64,000 bases of DNA from Camelus dromedarius (taxonomy: Eukaryota). Both the position numbers and the translations under genes were made by a program. The stretch lies in assembly GCF_036321535.1 (NCBI RefSeq), contig NC_087437.1, positions 59,336,001 to 59,400,000 of the forward strand. The letters are read 5' to 3'. The notes below the pieces were generated by a model. The model saw only the letters and a list, made by a program, of their open reading frames with translations. It was not told the DNA's origin and searched no databases. Positions 13,541 to 27,141 of the stretch are shown in pieces (position 1 is the stretch's first letter; each line of letters begins with the position of its first letter).

Positions 13541-13718
13541 AGGGGAGGGCATAGTTCAGTGGTTTGGTGGTAGAGGGTGAGCTTAGCATGCACAAGGTCC
13601 TGGGTTCAATCCCCAGTACCTCCATTAAAAATTAATTAAATAAATAAGTAAACCTAATTACCTCCCTCTCCCTAAAAAAAATAAAAAGAATGATGTAGCA
13701 GTGTATTTTAAAAAAAAA
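13541..13718 (+). mobile_element. Vic-1-like SINE inserted in a MIR
   Basis: ggggagggcatagttcagtgg...gcttagcatgcacaaggtcctgggttcaatccccagtacctcc; the MIR (ca. 13330-13525) resumes after the A-tail. Confidence 0.9.
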
Positions 13719-14411
13719 AACAGGTAGATTGTTGCCAAAGTCCAAATTACCAAACTGTAGTGCTTTTTTCCTGAAGCACCCATATTACTATGTTACTTCT
13801 CTGTCCATGAACCTTGAGCAGCTCCCCTCTGCCACTGTGGAAGTTCAAAGTCCTAGTTGGGCATTTAAATAACTGCGTGGTTGGGCTTTCACTAGACTTC
13901 TGGTAAGTTAATGAACTTCTGTGCCTCAATTTCCTAACCTCTTAGTTGAGCAAGATCATAACAGTAACCACCTCGTGGGGCTGTTGTGAGGACTAAAGGA
14001 AGTCACCCACATAAAACACTTAGCTAAGGGCCCAGCGCAAAGTGACTCTTAATCGGCATGAGCTGTCATTGAGCTACCAAAACCCAGCTTCCTTATAGGA
14101 TCCTTTAGAGGACTCCAGCAACCAGGCTGTTGCTGCCAACAAATAGTGCTTGTTGCTGAACTGAATGCTGGTGCAATTTTTTTCCTTTCTGGAAATTTTA
14201 CCCCACTGCCACTCCCATTCCCATACTCCTATGCAGACAAATCCTCCCACCCTCCAGTCTCCCTTCTTCACTGACCCTTCCCCCTACATTAATCTGAATT
14301 CCTGGAACACTTATTCCCATCACACTTTTTTTCACATCTTTGGTTAATCATTTGTTAAACATTTATCAAGTGCATACTCTAATAATAACAATAGTTGTAC
14401 TTGACATTATA

Positions 14412-14734
14412 GTTTTTTTCAAATTTTTCTGAAGTGTAGTTGATTTACAATGTTAGTTTCAGGTGTACAGCAAAGTGATTCAGTTACACATATACATACA
14501 TAATACGTGTTTTCTTTTCAGATTCTTTTCCATTATATGTTATTACAAGAAATTGAATATAGTTCCCTGTGCTATACAGTAGGTCATTGTTGTTTATCTA
14601 TTTTATATATAGTAAGCATATGTCTGTTATTTCCCAACCCCTAATTTATCCCACCCTTTCTCCTTTGGTAAGCATAGTTTGTCTTCTATATCCATGAGCC
14701 TGTTTTTGGTTTGTAAATAGAATTTGTATCATTT
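14412..14734 (-). mobile_element. 5'-truncated LINE-1 3' end with perfect 11-bp TSD
   Basis: ttgacattata at 14401-14411 and 14735-14745; body tagttgatttacaatgttagtttcaggtgtacagcaaagtgattcagtt is an artiodactyl-type L1 3' UTR. Confidence 0.92.
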
Positions 14735-15016
14735 TTGACATTATACTTTAAAGGGCTTCAAGTCACAACTCTGCTTCAGTAAATCTTTACGAATGTGGTG
14801 GATGGTGGTCCCTATTTTAGAGCTGCTGTAGTTCCCCCAGCTGTTGGGTGTCTGTCCCAGGGACTGTGGGGAGCAGGGTGGTGAGGAAACCAAGTCCCCC
14901 TAAAACCGAGTTCCCCTACTAAGTTTATGATTAACCTCTCTCTCCGAACTGTATCCCCTTTCTTGTCCCACTCCTGTTCCCATCAGGATTGAGGAATATC
15001 AAAGAAAAGGGGGTAC

Positions 15017-15596
15017 TGAAACCCAGCAGGGCCCCTGGGGTACAAAAGCCTCTCCATCTCCCTTGCTTCTTTTGTTTGGCCTTCCCCATGTTTCCAAAAA
15101 AGAGACTCAAACAGTTAATGATTAGAAAAACAGAGTCACAGGACTCCCAATTCCTCCTGAAGGGACATAGATAACAATCTGACGCATGTCTTTAGGTGGT
15201 TCTTCAGAAACTAAGACACGCTCCCCCAACTCGCCAACCTGGTGGAGAATGGTGACCACATATTTCCACAAGCATGTAGACCCCAGACTGGTGGAAACCA
15301 GAAGGTTGATGATTAAGATCCCCAAATACCACCCTGTTACCTTACCACCAACCAATCAGAAGAATGTCCACTAGCTGCTCATGCACTCTGTGACCCTCAC
15401 CCGTAATGGTGTTACCTTTAAAGACCCTTCCCTGAAAGCCATCAGGGAGTCTGGATCTTTTGAGCATGAGCTCCCCACTCTCCTTGCTTGGCACCTTGCA
15501 ATAAAAGCTGTACTTTCTTTCATCACCACCCACTGGTGTCAGCAGACTGGCTTTGCTGTGCATTTGGCAAGCTGACCCAAGTTCAGTTTGGTAACA
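15017..15596 (+). mobile_element. ERV1-type LTR
   Basis: TG...CA ends (tgaaacccagcagg...tttggtaaca), ccaatcag CAAT box, tttaaa TATA-like site, AATAAA at ~15500; homologous to 43591-44239. Confidence 0.88.
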
Positions 15597-16844
15597 GTGA
15601 TGGGACTCCTATCTTTAGGAAGCTTACAGCCTTGTAGGCAAAGAAAGATCTTTCCACATGTGGTGACAACCCAGAGCAGATGGTGACAAAGTCTAGCAGA
15701 AAGGACGAGAGGTGGTGCCGTGACTCTTCAGGTACAAGCATGGCTTCTGACTGGGCACATCTACACTTCACCAGACAGTGCCTGAGGGGAGTCCCTCTGC
15801 ACCCCGGGGTCTGGCTGTTGGTATGGCAATAGCAAGGAAGATGAATTCATTCTGCAGGATGCAGGGGCAGGTTTCCTAGGAGCCACCCATACTGGGAAGT
15901 TTAGTCTTTTATTGTTTTCTTCATTTTTCCATTTATTCACTACACAAGTATCAAATGTCTGCTATGTGTGTATGCTTGAGTGCACCACACAACATCGCAC
16001 GGCCTTATGACACAGGCCCAAGGCAGCTGTGTGGAGTAGAGGGGAGACAGTAGATTTTAAAGTTATAGTCAGCACCAGTCTGGCTCAGCCACTGTCTAGC
16101 TATGTGACCATGACAAGTCCTAGCTCCGAACCCAGTTTCCTTAGGCAAATGGGGCTAATGCTCAACTCAACCACAATTCTGTTGTTACCAGAATTAGAGA
16201 GAACAGCCAGAAAAGGCCCAGCGGGCAGCGCTCCTGGCACACATTAGCTACTTCATCCGGTACCGGGGAGAGGGATGAATGAATGACATGGCCTTTTCTC
16301 TTTTTGGAGTAGCTGGTACAGAGCCCAGGTGGTAAGTCCAGAGTAGAGGAACCCTGGAATTCTCTCTTCCTTTGACGAAAAGGGAGAAAGAAACAAACTT
16401 TGCCTGGACATCCTTCCCATTCTGCAGAGCTCCTTTCAATTTTGCTCCAGGCAAAATTAGCACCACCCCCTTTCTCCATAGCTTTACTACATGTCTGTTT
16501 CAACGCATCATTGATTCCTTTTATTAGTGTGATTTTTTTTTTTTATACATCTGTTCCTTTCCCCCGGGCTATAAACTTCCCTACAAGGCAAGAGTCTTCA
16601 CAATCTTCCATTTCCCTCCTAGGTGCCCAGTACAGCCTCTGGCACATTGCAGGCCCTCAGAAACTGCTTACTGCCTTGAAAACATGTCCAGCAGAGGCCA
16701 ATTGTATGGGGGGGACAGGTGGAATGAGGAGGGCCAGCGTTTCTCCTCCACTTTAAGCTCTAGGTCTATTGTATACACAAATGGAGCAAAGCCCTTCAAT
16801 TTATACAGCATTTTATGGTGTATATATACAAAGCCTTTCTGTTA

Positions 16845-16930
16845 TTTATTTATTAATGGACATACTGGGAATTAAAGCCAGGACCTCCTGCATGCTAAGC
16901 ATGAGCTCTACCACTGAGCTATAACCACCT
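16845..16930 (-). mobile_element. Vic-1-like SINE
   Basis: ccaggacctcctgcatgctaagcatgagctctaccactgagctata. Confidence 0.88.
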
Positions 16931-17006
16931 TCCCTCCCCACCCCCAGGAACTCTTCACTTTTAAAAAATGGCACCTACTTCTTATGTTTAGCAAATAACA
17001 GGAAGG

Positions 17007-17200
17007 TGTGATATAGTGATATAATAAGAAATACATTGATATTTGGTCTTCATCTCCAGTTCCCTGATACAAGAGCTTCTAAAACCCTTATAATTTCTTG
17101 AGTGATGGGGGTGAGAGGAAAGTCTTTTGTTATTCATAATAAATCCCTCTCAACCTTTCCTGAGTTTTTGCTGATGAGTTGACTAGGGGGCCCCTAGGCA
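17007..17200 (+). mobile_element. MER21-type LTR fragment
   Basis: tgtgatatagtgatataataagaaata...agagcttctaaaaccctt...tcttttgttattcataataa matches the recalled MER21 5' end. Confidence 0.7.
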
Positions 17201-17551
17201 ACGTCTAGGCATTGCTTCTTAATGAGAAACATTCCCCCTTCTAGACTCCACTAGAAACCAAAGGTTAGTAAAGTGGGGGAAGCCAAATGCAATGTGTGTG
17301 TGTGTGTCTTAACAAGACAAAATGGGAAACAAACATCCACACCATCCACTCCTGAACTCGCTCCAGCTTCTCTTTTCCTGTGCTCTTTGGGTGGAGCCAT
17401 CTGATATTACTCACATGACCCCTGAATTGACTTTTCTTTCTTCTGCCTTGGTACCTTTGTACACATTTTTCATTCCATTTAATCCACAACCTTTCTTTAC
17501 CTGGTTAACTCCTATTCATCCTTCAATGCACAGCCAAAGACTGGAAACAGC

Positions 17552-17703
17552 AGGGGAGGGTATTGCTCAGTGGTAGAGCGGGTGCCTAGCGTGCATGAGG
17601 TCCTGCGTTCAATCCCCAATACCTCCACTTATAAACAAACAAACAAACTTAATTACCTCCCCCCAAAAAACAAACAAAAAAGTAAAAAAAAAAAAAAAAA
17701 AAA
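17552..17703 (+). mobile_element. Vic-1-like SINE
   Basis: ggggagggtattgctcagtggtagagcg...gcgttcaatccccaatacctcc, (AAAC)n and poly-A tail. Confidence 0.9.
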
Positions 17704-17726
17704 GGTCTGAAATTTGAAAAAAAACA

Positions 17727-19873
17727 AAAGGATAGGCTAACTCTACTGTTTGGTGCAAATGCAGTGGAGTTCATGATCTGGACTGCCCTTATCTATAAAG
17801 CTGCTAACCCCTGAGCTTTGAAGGGAAAAGATAAACACCAACTGCCAGTCTTTTGGTTGTATAACAAGAAGTCTCAGACAACAAGAACACTTTCTCTGGA
17901 TTGGTTCCACTGATGCTTTGTCCCTGAAGTCAAGAAGTACATTACTAGTAAGGAACTGTCTTTTAAAGTTCTTTTGATGTTAGACAATGCCCCTGGTCTC
18001 CAAGAACTTCATGAGTTCAATACTGAAGCCATCAAAGTGGTTTATTTGTCCCCACACACAACGTCTCTAATTCAGCCTCTAGATCAGGGGTCATAAGGAC
18101 CCATAAGGCTCATTCCACATGGTACCCTATGGAAAGATTGTCAACACTCCAGAAGGGAACCCGAGCAGAGAGAACATCGTGAAAGTCTGGAATGATTACA
18201 CCACTGAAGATGCCATTATTAACCACCAAGCTCAAAACAATAAATTCCTACTGGAGAGAACTGCCCAGATGTTGTGCATGACTTCACAGGATTTATGACA
18301 GAGCCTATCACGGAAACCAGGAAAGAGATTGTGAATGTGGAATAAAAGGTAGGGGTTGAAGGGTTTCAAGATATGGATCTTGGAGGCATTCAAGAGCTAA
18401 CAGACAGCACACCAGAGGAATTAACAAAAGATGACTTGATGGGGATGACTGCTTTCGAATCAGTGCCAGACGATGAGGAAGAAGACACAGAAGAAGCAGT
18501 GCTAGGAAACAAACTGACATTAGACAATTCGGCAGAAGGGTTCTGATTATTCAAGACTATTTTCAACTTCTTTTATGGCTATACCATTCAGTTATTTGGG
18601 CATTGAAACAAAAGCAAATGGTAGAAAAAGGATTGAGATTACCTAGAAACATTTTTAGAGAAATGAAAAAGAAAAAAGTCAGAAATTGCAATATATTTCT
18701 GTAGAATTACATTGAATGTACCTGCCTCTCCTGTCTCCCCTTCCACCTCCTCCATCTTTTCTGCCTCGGCTACCCCTGAGGCAGCTAGACCAACCCCAAC
18801 CCCTTCTCCACTTCCTCCTCAGCCTACTCAACCTGAGGACGACGAGGATGAAGACCTTTATGAAAAGCCACTCCTACCTAATGACTAGCAAATAACTATT
18901 ATGCTGTACAGTTAATAAACATCTGTTGTGTCTTCATATGAAAACCTAATAAGTGCATGGCAAAAGCTATGAGAAGTGTTTGGGTCACCATCAACATCAC
19001 TACCTAAGGATTCATTATGTAGAACATCATGTGCAAGACTTGTATTGAAGTGGATAGCCAATCCTTACATAGGCAGAAGGTGAGTGATACTTAATATAAA
19101 GTTAATAATGTGTTCATTTTCTTACTATCTTATAGATCTGCTTTCAAAAGTTACATTACTATACAGTATGCCTCCCTCTCTCTCTTTCTCATACTTGGAG
19201 TAACTGTGCATCAGCCTACTATCACATGTAAGTGGCTTATTAGAAAATGTAACAATGTTTCTACTCCTGTACTATGAGTATGACTGTAATACTGCATGCC
19301 ATAAAAATTGTATAACGATTCATTCATTAGTGTCTAGGCTAGGCTACCATGAAGCAACTGTCAACCATACTAGGCTACCACAAAGCAATCATATTGCTGC
19401 TTCCTGATTATCACTGCATAAATTGTTATACCTTTAAGTAACTATGAATTTCTTTTCCATATTATCTTTTCAATTTTAATGTCTTGTGTTGGTAATACAT
19501 ACAACATCTACAGTGCTTTGCATCATATAAGACAATATTGGTGCAGGTACTGATACACAAATGATTCATGTTATAAAGTGATGTCCTAAACTTACAGTAC
19601 TGATAGAGAATAGTGCCGTAAATGTATTTTCTCTTCCTATGATTTTCTTAATAATCTTCTCTTTTCTCTAACTTACTTTAATGTGAGGATACAGTACATA
19701 ATACAAATAACATACAAAATAAATGTTAATCAAGTGTTCATGTTACGGGCAAGGCTTCCAGTCCACAGGAGACCCCAGTAGTTACATCTGGATACAAACA
19801 TAAAATTTTACATGGGTTTTCAACTGCGAAGAGGTTGATGTCCCTGACCTCTGCATTGTTCAAGCGTAAATTG
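17727..19873 (+). mobile_element. Tigger2 (Tigger2f-like) TcMar DNA transposon, 5'-truncated, transposase disrupted
   Basis: ggataggctaactctactgttt...ttttgatgttagacaatgcccctgg (LDNA) ...ctaattcagcctctagatcagggg (QPLDQG); right TIR ...cattgttcaagcgtaaattg followed by TA. Confidence 0.88.
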
Positions 19874-19875
19874 TA

Positions 19876-20990
19876 TTTTCCCCCAGCCTGTGGCTTGCCT
19901 TTTTCATTTTCTTAACGGTGTCTTTGGAAGAACAAAACTTTTAATTTTGATGAAGTCCAATTCATCCATTTTTCCTGCTTTTTGTGATCTCCTATATATT
20001 AATATATACCCAACCCCAGGTCACAAAGATTTTCACTTATTTTTTATTCTAGAAATATTATATTTCTAGCTCTTACATTTATAGCTCCAATTCATTCCAT
20101 GTTCATTTTTGTATATAGTATGAGGCAAGTATTGAGGTTCATTTGTTTACATATGGATATCAATTGACTGCAGTACCACTTGTGGGAACAAATGCCATTT
20201 TCTTATTGAATTGCCTTGGCATCTCTAAGGGGTTTTCCAAACTGCACAGTCAGAGGGAACAGTCACCAAAAATTGCCCTCACTTCAGACAATAACTGCAA
20301 GTTTGGGGTTTTCCCAAAACCACTTTCAGATTCGATATTTTGCTAGAATGACTCACAGAACTCAAGAAAGCTTTATACATACAATTATGGTTTTATTATA
20401 GCAAAGGCATACAAATTAAAACCAGCCAAAGGAAGAGATGCATGGACAAAATCTGGGAGTGTTCAAATACAATACTTCTCTCATCATCAGGGATGTGTGA
20501 CCCTACTGGCATTGATATGTGCTAATATGCACAGAGTATTGCCAACCAAAGAAACTTACCTGAGCTTTAGTGCCTGGAGATTGTACTGAGGTTCCATTAT
20601 GATTTATTGAACAATTGCCCAGGTGGTTGACTTCCATCTCCAGCCCTCTCATCCCTGGAGTTTTGGCTGGTATCATGTGACTCAAAGCCCCAAGCCCCTA
20701 ATAACATGCTTGGTCTTTCTTATATGGCCAGTCCGCACCCTGAGTCATCTCACTGACATAAAATACCAGGTGTAGTTCCAGGGCCCACCATGAAAAACAA
20801 AGACATCCCTATTGCTCAGGAAATTCCAAGGGTTTAGAGGTTGCTTCTCAGGAACTAAAATCCTTTGGAGGCCACATTTATTACTACACAGTATCTTTAT
20901 TGAAAATAAATATGCAATATTGTTCATATACAAAGGTTTAGGATATTATGCATGGGTCTATTTCTGGACCCTATCCTGTTTCATGATTTA
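19876..20990 (-). mobile_element. Old L1 ORF2 fragment interrupted by a MER21 LTR
   Basis: ttttaattttgatgaagtccaattcatcc...ttgaattgccttggc; resumes at ~20891 (gggtctatttctggaccctatcctgttt). Confidence 0.75.
20224..20890 (-). mobile_element. MER21B/C-type LTR
   Basis: gctagaatgactcacagaactcaagaaagc...caggaaattccaagggtttagag...ttattactacaca. Confidence 0.8.
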
Positions 20991-21099
20991 CTAAATGGAA
21001 CTAGAGAAGTCTTTTCCTTTCTATGTAAAGTATCTTTGTAATACTTAATTTTTAAATAATGTGAATATAATACTTTTGTAGTTAGAAAGAAAATGATAA

Positions 21100-21760
21100 G
21101 AAAGCATGAAAGGAAAATTATCTGCCTATGTAAAAATAAAAAGCTCAACACAGCAGTTGGAATATAACATTGGGGAAATTTCCCAGCAAAAAGACAGACA
21201 GAAAATAAGAGAGAAAAAGGAGGAAATTAGAGTACAATTTCAGAAGGACTTATATCTAAATAGCAGTGTTTCCAGAAAAAGACAGATAAAAAAGGAGGAG
21301 AAACAACCAATGGTATTGTTCAAGAATAGAATGAACTGCCAGATTGAAGAATCCGTAAGTGGCTGGTACCATTGAGAGACCAAGAGATTTTACTGCTTCT
21401 AGAGAGGAAAAAAAGTGGGTCATATACAAAGTTTAGGAATCAGAATGGCACTAGAAGCCACAATACAATGATGCCTTCATAATTCTGAAGAATGTCATTT
21501 CCAATCTAGAATTCTATACCCAGCCATACTACCAATTGAGAATGTGAGTGGGAAAAACATTTTTCAACTATGTAATATCTCAAAATGTTTTACCTATCCT
21601 TTCTCAGGAAGCTACTGAAGAATGTTCTCCACTCAAAGACAGAATAAAGCAAGGAGGAGGATCTAAAACAGGAGAGAGACAAAGATTTCCCCAGAAGATG
21701 GTAAAAGGAAATCCCATAATAATAGCTGTATACCAGATACAGAGATTAACTAAGAAACAG
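21100..21760 (+). mobile_element. Ancient L1ME/HAL1 ORF1-region fragment
   Basis: ggaatcagaatggcactagaagcc...tgccttcataattctgaag...ttccaatctagaattctatacccagcca, characteristic of old L1 ORF1. Confidence 0.65.
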
Positions 21761-22504
21761 ACATGGTGAGAACTGTCATCACCAAAATCCCCACTGACAG
21801 TACACCCTCGCTTAAATTTGAGGACAGGTTTGTTTGTGTTTGTCATGGCTTCATCATAATTAAGGAAATTCCTACTCATCTCTCTATGCTCTGCTTCTAG
21901 AGGATCAGCTGAGAACCCTCACTTCACAAAACACCCCCATTTCTGAAGTGTTCTTCTCTGACCTACTCTTAAGAGCTGGACATGGGCTACGATAAGCTTA
22001 GAAGCAGAAAATACAAAGCAGCCCTGTCCTTCTGACCCTATTTCTTCCAGTTGTTCAGTGCCTCACCCACACTGCAGATCTCCCAGATGCCTGGACACAG
22101 GTGAGCCCTCATGGCCAGGGACTTATCTACCAGCATCTCATGAAACATTAGCCCCTTACTCATATGTGTCCCTCTCAAAGCCCTGTGCATAACTCAACAT
22201 TTGAAAATTTGAACTCATATTCAATTCAAGTCCTCCAAATTATATAATCTTCAGGCCCCACAAATCCTGAATCAGCCTCTACTTATGGCTTTGCCCTCTG
22301 ACTTCCCCAGAAGAAGCTTTTGAAAACTCAGGAGAGCTGAAGCTATACTGCCCCCCAGTGATGCCAGTCAGCCTGTCTCACTGGGAAACCCCATCTGATG
22401 GTGTCAGTGACGTTCTTTCCTTACACAGCTGGGTTTGTGTCACTCAGCTCTAAGCCATAGATTGCTTAGGGATGTGTGACATGGTGAGTAACACTGCAAA
22501 GAAG

Positions 22505-22653
22505 TGGGGGGAATGCAGCTCAGTGGTAGTGCATGCCTAGTATGCGCAGGATCCTGGGTTCAGTCCCCAGTACTTTCATTAAAAATAAATATATAAATAC
22601 ACGTAATTACCTACCCCCCCAAAAAAACCCCTCCAAACAGACACCCAAAAAAA
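22505..22653 (+). mobile_element. Vic-1-like SINE
   Basis: gcagctcagtggtag...ggatcctgggttcagtccccagtac...taattacctacccccc. Confidence 0.85.
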
Positions 22654-23699
22654 ACTGTAAAGAGAACTGGAATGATTAACATAAACATCAGTACAGTGGT
22701 TACCTAGAGAGATGGGAGTAGTCAGGGGAGGCAGAGACTGGGGAGGGGCACACAGCTGGGCTTCAGGCCCACGTGGGTAACCTTTCCTTTGTTATTTAGT
22801 GTTAAACCGTCCATAGACTCTTCTGTGAATGTGGTGCACTTCATAATTTAAAAGGCAGGGGAGGTGCCTGAAGGCACCTTATTATTTCCTTCCTCCATTG
22901 GGAACTAAAGACAATGAGTGAATAGGAGTCATCATCAGTAGAAAGTTAAAAGGAAACAATAATTTTCTAGCATTCTAATAAAGCTGTGCCTGGTTAGAGA
23001 GGAAAGTGGTTACTGCAGTAAAGTCCACTGACTGTGCAGAGGAGCAAATTCTAACTGGCTTTCCAGGCCTTCTTGGAACAACACTGCTAGGGCCAAGGAT
23101 ATTGAGGGTCTGGCCTGTCCAGGAACTTGATTTTGGATGCTCTCTTGGGACCTCCCAGGCCTAGACAGAGCTCGTCTTCAGGACCAGCTGCTTGTGTACT
23201 CCTTGAGGACATGGATCATGTTTTATCCACCTTGAAATTCCCAGTGCTTGGAAAAGTCCTACCTACAACCACAGAATTAACAGTCTTTTCTGGCAACCTG
23301 GATACTCGTGTGTTCCAGGCAGAATACTCATTCCTGCTCTGGAGGAACAGCTCCCTTCCCAGGACCTGGTAGCCTGATCCTGTGAGCCCAGAGGCTGGGG
23401 GTCCCTCAGCTGAGGATAGTTCACCCATCTTTCTGCAAGCTCCTCATGCTCTGATCCACCCTGGCCTGGGCCTGCACACCTGCCTGGGGATAGTTCCCTG
23501 CTCATGGTAAGGGTTTGGGGGCTCAGGAAATGGAAATGAAACAAGTACAGGAAGACTGTTTTTTCCCAGTCAGGTTATTTTTTGATCTTTGCCTTATCTT
23601 CATATATAATCCACTAGCCAAACCTATAGAGAGGTTCAAATACTGAGTTTCTTAGAAACATCTTTCAGAGTCAGTCCTGCACAGCTATTAAAAAGAGAT

Positions 23700-23794
23700 G
23701 GGGGGATGGGGGGTAACAGCTCAGTGGTAGAGTGCCTGCCCAGTATGCACAGGGTCCTGGGTTCAATCCCCAGTATCTCCATTAAAAAAAAAAA
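23700..23794 (+). mobile_element. Vic-1-like SINE (short form)
   Basis: agctcagtggtagagtgcctgcccagtatgcacagggtcctgggttcaatccccagtatctccattaaaaa; TSD-like aaaaagagatg/aaaaagtgatg. Confidence 0.88.
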
Positions 23795-25396
23795 GTGATG
23801 AGGAACATTTAATGTCACTAGGTTAAACACGCCTATCAGTTTACCTTGCATTCCAGTGCTCCAGTCAGAGTTTCAGACCCCAGGACGCACATCCAGGACC
23901 AGACACAGAGCTCCCGCAGGTCACAGGGGAGTGATCTGACCAGTGGCGCCACTCTCCTCTGGCTCACTAATAGGCGCTGACTGCCCTGAGGACAAGCGGC
24001 TGGTTGCTGTGCCTGAGGGGACATCAAAGCCCCGTGAGGCCTGGTCCACAGGCAGAAATAGTTTGTATTACAAAAGTTCTTACTTCATTTTATCAGGTCC
24101 AACAAGAAACAGACCCAAAAGAGATGAGATTTAGAAAGATAGTGATGGACCCAAGCCTAGAGCAGAGGTCCACCCTATTACGCTCTCTGCATCTCTGATT
24201 CTGTCATCTGAGTACCCACCAGAGCAAGGTTATAGGACCTCTATTGGCATTTGAATACGGTTACCTCTGTGTAACAGTAAAGATGTATATATTAGTTCAG
24301 CTAGCCTCCTGAGTGGATAATTAATGATTGCTCCTTCCTGATTCTATCTTTATAATGTGACAAGTTTTGGGGGTGGGAATTCTAATGAGCCATCTATTTT
24401 GCATTCATTTACATAAGTGAGTTCCCAGGCCCCTGAGGAAATGCCACCCATTAATTAGTAGAATCTGTGAGAGACAGATCCAGTTATGTGGAGCATTGGG
24501 ACAACCGCCATAAACACAAGGACTGGTTTTTTTTAGCAACGCATGCACCCTAGGAACATTCAATCTTTTCCAGAACAAGATGAAGTGTACATAAGTAAAT
24601 ATATCATCCGTGTCCCAGCGTAGGAGAGCAGATACTATAGGAATTGGCATCTGTTATCCTAGAGGACAAAGAGATGAGGTGCTCATTCTGCTCTCCTCTT
24701 GGCTGATTCTGAATTAGGGGTGAGGGAGGAAGAAGGATTCCATAAGGAAGGAGTTGCCTTTAAGAAGAGCAAAATAGAAGGACAGCCTGATTTCTAATCA
24801 TTCATTAGCTGAGAAAATACTGCTTGGGTCCCCTCTCTGTGCAAGGCTTTGCATGGCAAGGCAGAGGCATGATGCAACATCAGGTAAGACTCAGGAGCCC
24901 GTCCTTTGAAAAGAGCCTGACAGAACAGCACTCGGTGAAGAGCAGACACAGGAAAGGTGATGGCTGCCGTAGAACGGCCGTGCCCTCAACTGGAGGTCCA
25001 AACACCTGACTCCAAGCAAAGTTTTGACCCTAATGTGCTGTGTGACTGTGAACAAATGGCTTTCTCTCTCTGGGTCTCAGTATCCTTGGCTATGGAAATA
25101 GAGATGGGAAGAACTTGGGGAAGGAATGCAGCAGTATAAGGATCCCATAGTCTATCGTTTGCCATCTATGGCTGTTCTGCTCAGCCTGTCAGACCCTCTC
25201 CACCCTGTTCTGAACCACACAGCTCTTCCAGTTCTCCTCAGTCTTTGCAAATGGCCTGGCTTCCTACTGCACAAAGAAGAAAAGTCTCTGATGGGGACTG
25301 TTTCACCCTCCCACCTGCCTCATGCTCTTCCTGCCCCTCATGGACATGGAGAAAGCATCCTTTCTCATCAGTGTTCGATTAAACCTGCTCCCGCAG

Positions 25397-25528
25397 TGGA
25401 GGGTATAGCTCAGTAGTAGAGTGCTTGCTTAGTGTGCACAAGGTCCTGGGTTCAATTCGCAGTACCTCCAATAACAAATTAATAAGTAAATATACATAAT
25501 TACCTCCACACCCCCCCAAATCAAAGAA
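25397..25528 (+). mobile_element. Vic-1-like SINE
   Basis: ggagggtatagctcagtagtagagtgcttgcttagtgtgcacaaggtcctgggttcaatt; TSD-like acctgct on both sides. Confidence 0.88.
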
Positions 25529-26304
25529 GACCTGCTTCAGGCACTCCATCCTAATAGCAAGATAAATATAAACTTTCTTGTGTCTTAAATTTCCCTTCTG
25601 GTTGCTAATGCCTTTTTGCTTCCTTCCCAAGGTTCTTGAAAGTTGTCTTCACTCCGTCTTGTTTCAGTACCTGTCAGTCATTCTTCAGCCCCTCCCACTC
25701 CACCGCAGCCACATCTACCACAGTCATGGAGATCTCTGTTACCTGAGGGACACCCTCACGCCCCCTCTGCTCTGGCCTCTCAGCAGAGCACCCAGCACAG
25801 CCGGCCACTTCCTCCTTCCTGAACCACTCTCTTTTCTTGGTTTTCAGACACCAAACACTCCTTATTCCCATCTGGCCATTTCTCAGTCTCCTTCACCTGT
25901 TTCTCTCTCTCTCTCTCTCTAGCTGATTATGACATTTAGAGGTGGAAGACCCGAACCCGGGCCCACACTTTTCCTCATGCCACACTTTCTCCCTAAGCAA
26001 TTTCATTTATTCTCAGGTTTAAATCAGGGATCGAGTCCTTTGCTTACCTGTTCACAATTAAGCATCTAGAATATGCCAGGTTCTGCGAGTTTTAGGCATG
26101 AAGTCCGTAGACTTTTCCATCCAGATAGAAAGTCTTTTTCATTTGCATTAAAAAAAAAAAAAACCTCTTCTCGTGTATGTGTGTGCTGATTTGACTTAAT
26201 TTTAGCTAAAATGTATTGCATGCTTACTATTTGCCAGGAGCTATTCGAACAGCTCTGCGAGAATAAAGCCATTTAACTCTCACAGCAACCCAGTGAGGTA
26301 CAGA

Positions 26305-26934
26305 TTTTTTTAATAGACTATTTTCTTAGAGCAGCTTTGGGTTCACAGCAAAGTTGAGCAGAAAGTGCTAATACCCATGTACTTCTGGTTTTGTTTTTGT
26401 TTTTAATGGAGGTACTAGGAATTAAACCCAGGACTTCCTGCATGCTAAGAACACACTCTACCACCGAGCTATACCCTCCCCACAGGTATCTGTTTCTTAA
26501 TCAGGTTGTTTTGTTTTCTTATTGTTGAGTTTTAGGAGTTCTTTGTTTTGGATAACAGTCCTTTATTGGCTGTATCTTCTGCAGACATTTTGTCCCAGCC
26601 TGTGGCTTGTCTTCTCATTCTGTTGACAGCATCTTTCACGAAGCAGAAGTTTTAAATTTTAATGCAATATAGCTTATCAATTCTTTCTTTCATGGATCTT
26701 GCCTTTGGTGTTGTATCTGAAAAGTCATGGCCATACCCAAGGTCATCTAGATTTTCTCCTATGTTATCTTCTAGGAGTTTTGACATTTTGTGGTTCACAT
26801 TTAGGTCTATGATCCATTCTCAGTTAATTTTTGTGAAGGATATAAGGTCTGTATTTAGATTCATATTTTTGCACGTGGATGTCCAGTGGTTCCAGCACCC
26901 TGTGTTTGGGAGACTCTTTTCTCCATAGAATTGC
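26305..26934 (-). mobile_element. L1M fragment inserted in a MIR and itself carrying a SINE
   Basis: L1 3' end agcagctttgggttcacagcaaagttgagcagaaagt and ORF2-antisense ttttaaattttaatgc...ttttgcacgtggatgtccagtggttccagcacc. Confidence 0.8.
26386..26482 (-). mobile_element. Vic-1-like SINE
   Basis: ggaggtactaggaattaaacccaggacttcctgcatgctaag...ctaccaccgagctataccctcccc. Confidence 0.88.
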
Positions 26935-26944
26935 CTTAGACACT

Positions 26945-27141
26945 TTTTTTTTTTTTTGGTGGAGGGGGCAAGGAGGTAATTTTAAAATTTTAAATGAATT
27001 TATTTATTTTTTTTTTTTGCAGGATAAGTAATTAGGTTTATTTATTTTTGTTTATTTTTTAACAGAGGTATGGGGGATTGAACACAGGACCTTGTTCATG
27101 CTAAGCACACGCTCTACCACTGAGCTATACCCTCCCCCCAT
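26945..27141 (-). mobile_element. Vic-1-like SINE with perfect 10-bp TSD
   Basis: cttagacact at 26935-26944 and 27142-27151; head gctctaccactgagctataccctcccc; long compound tail. Confidence 0.92.

Noticed and set aside
17727..18700. Possible domesticated Tigger transposase
   Set aside because: 5' part missing and no + strand ORF of 60 aa or more in the track; the reading frame is broken.
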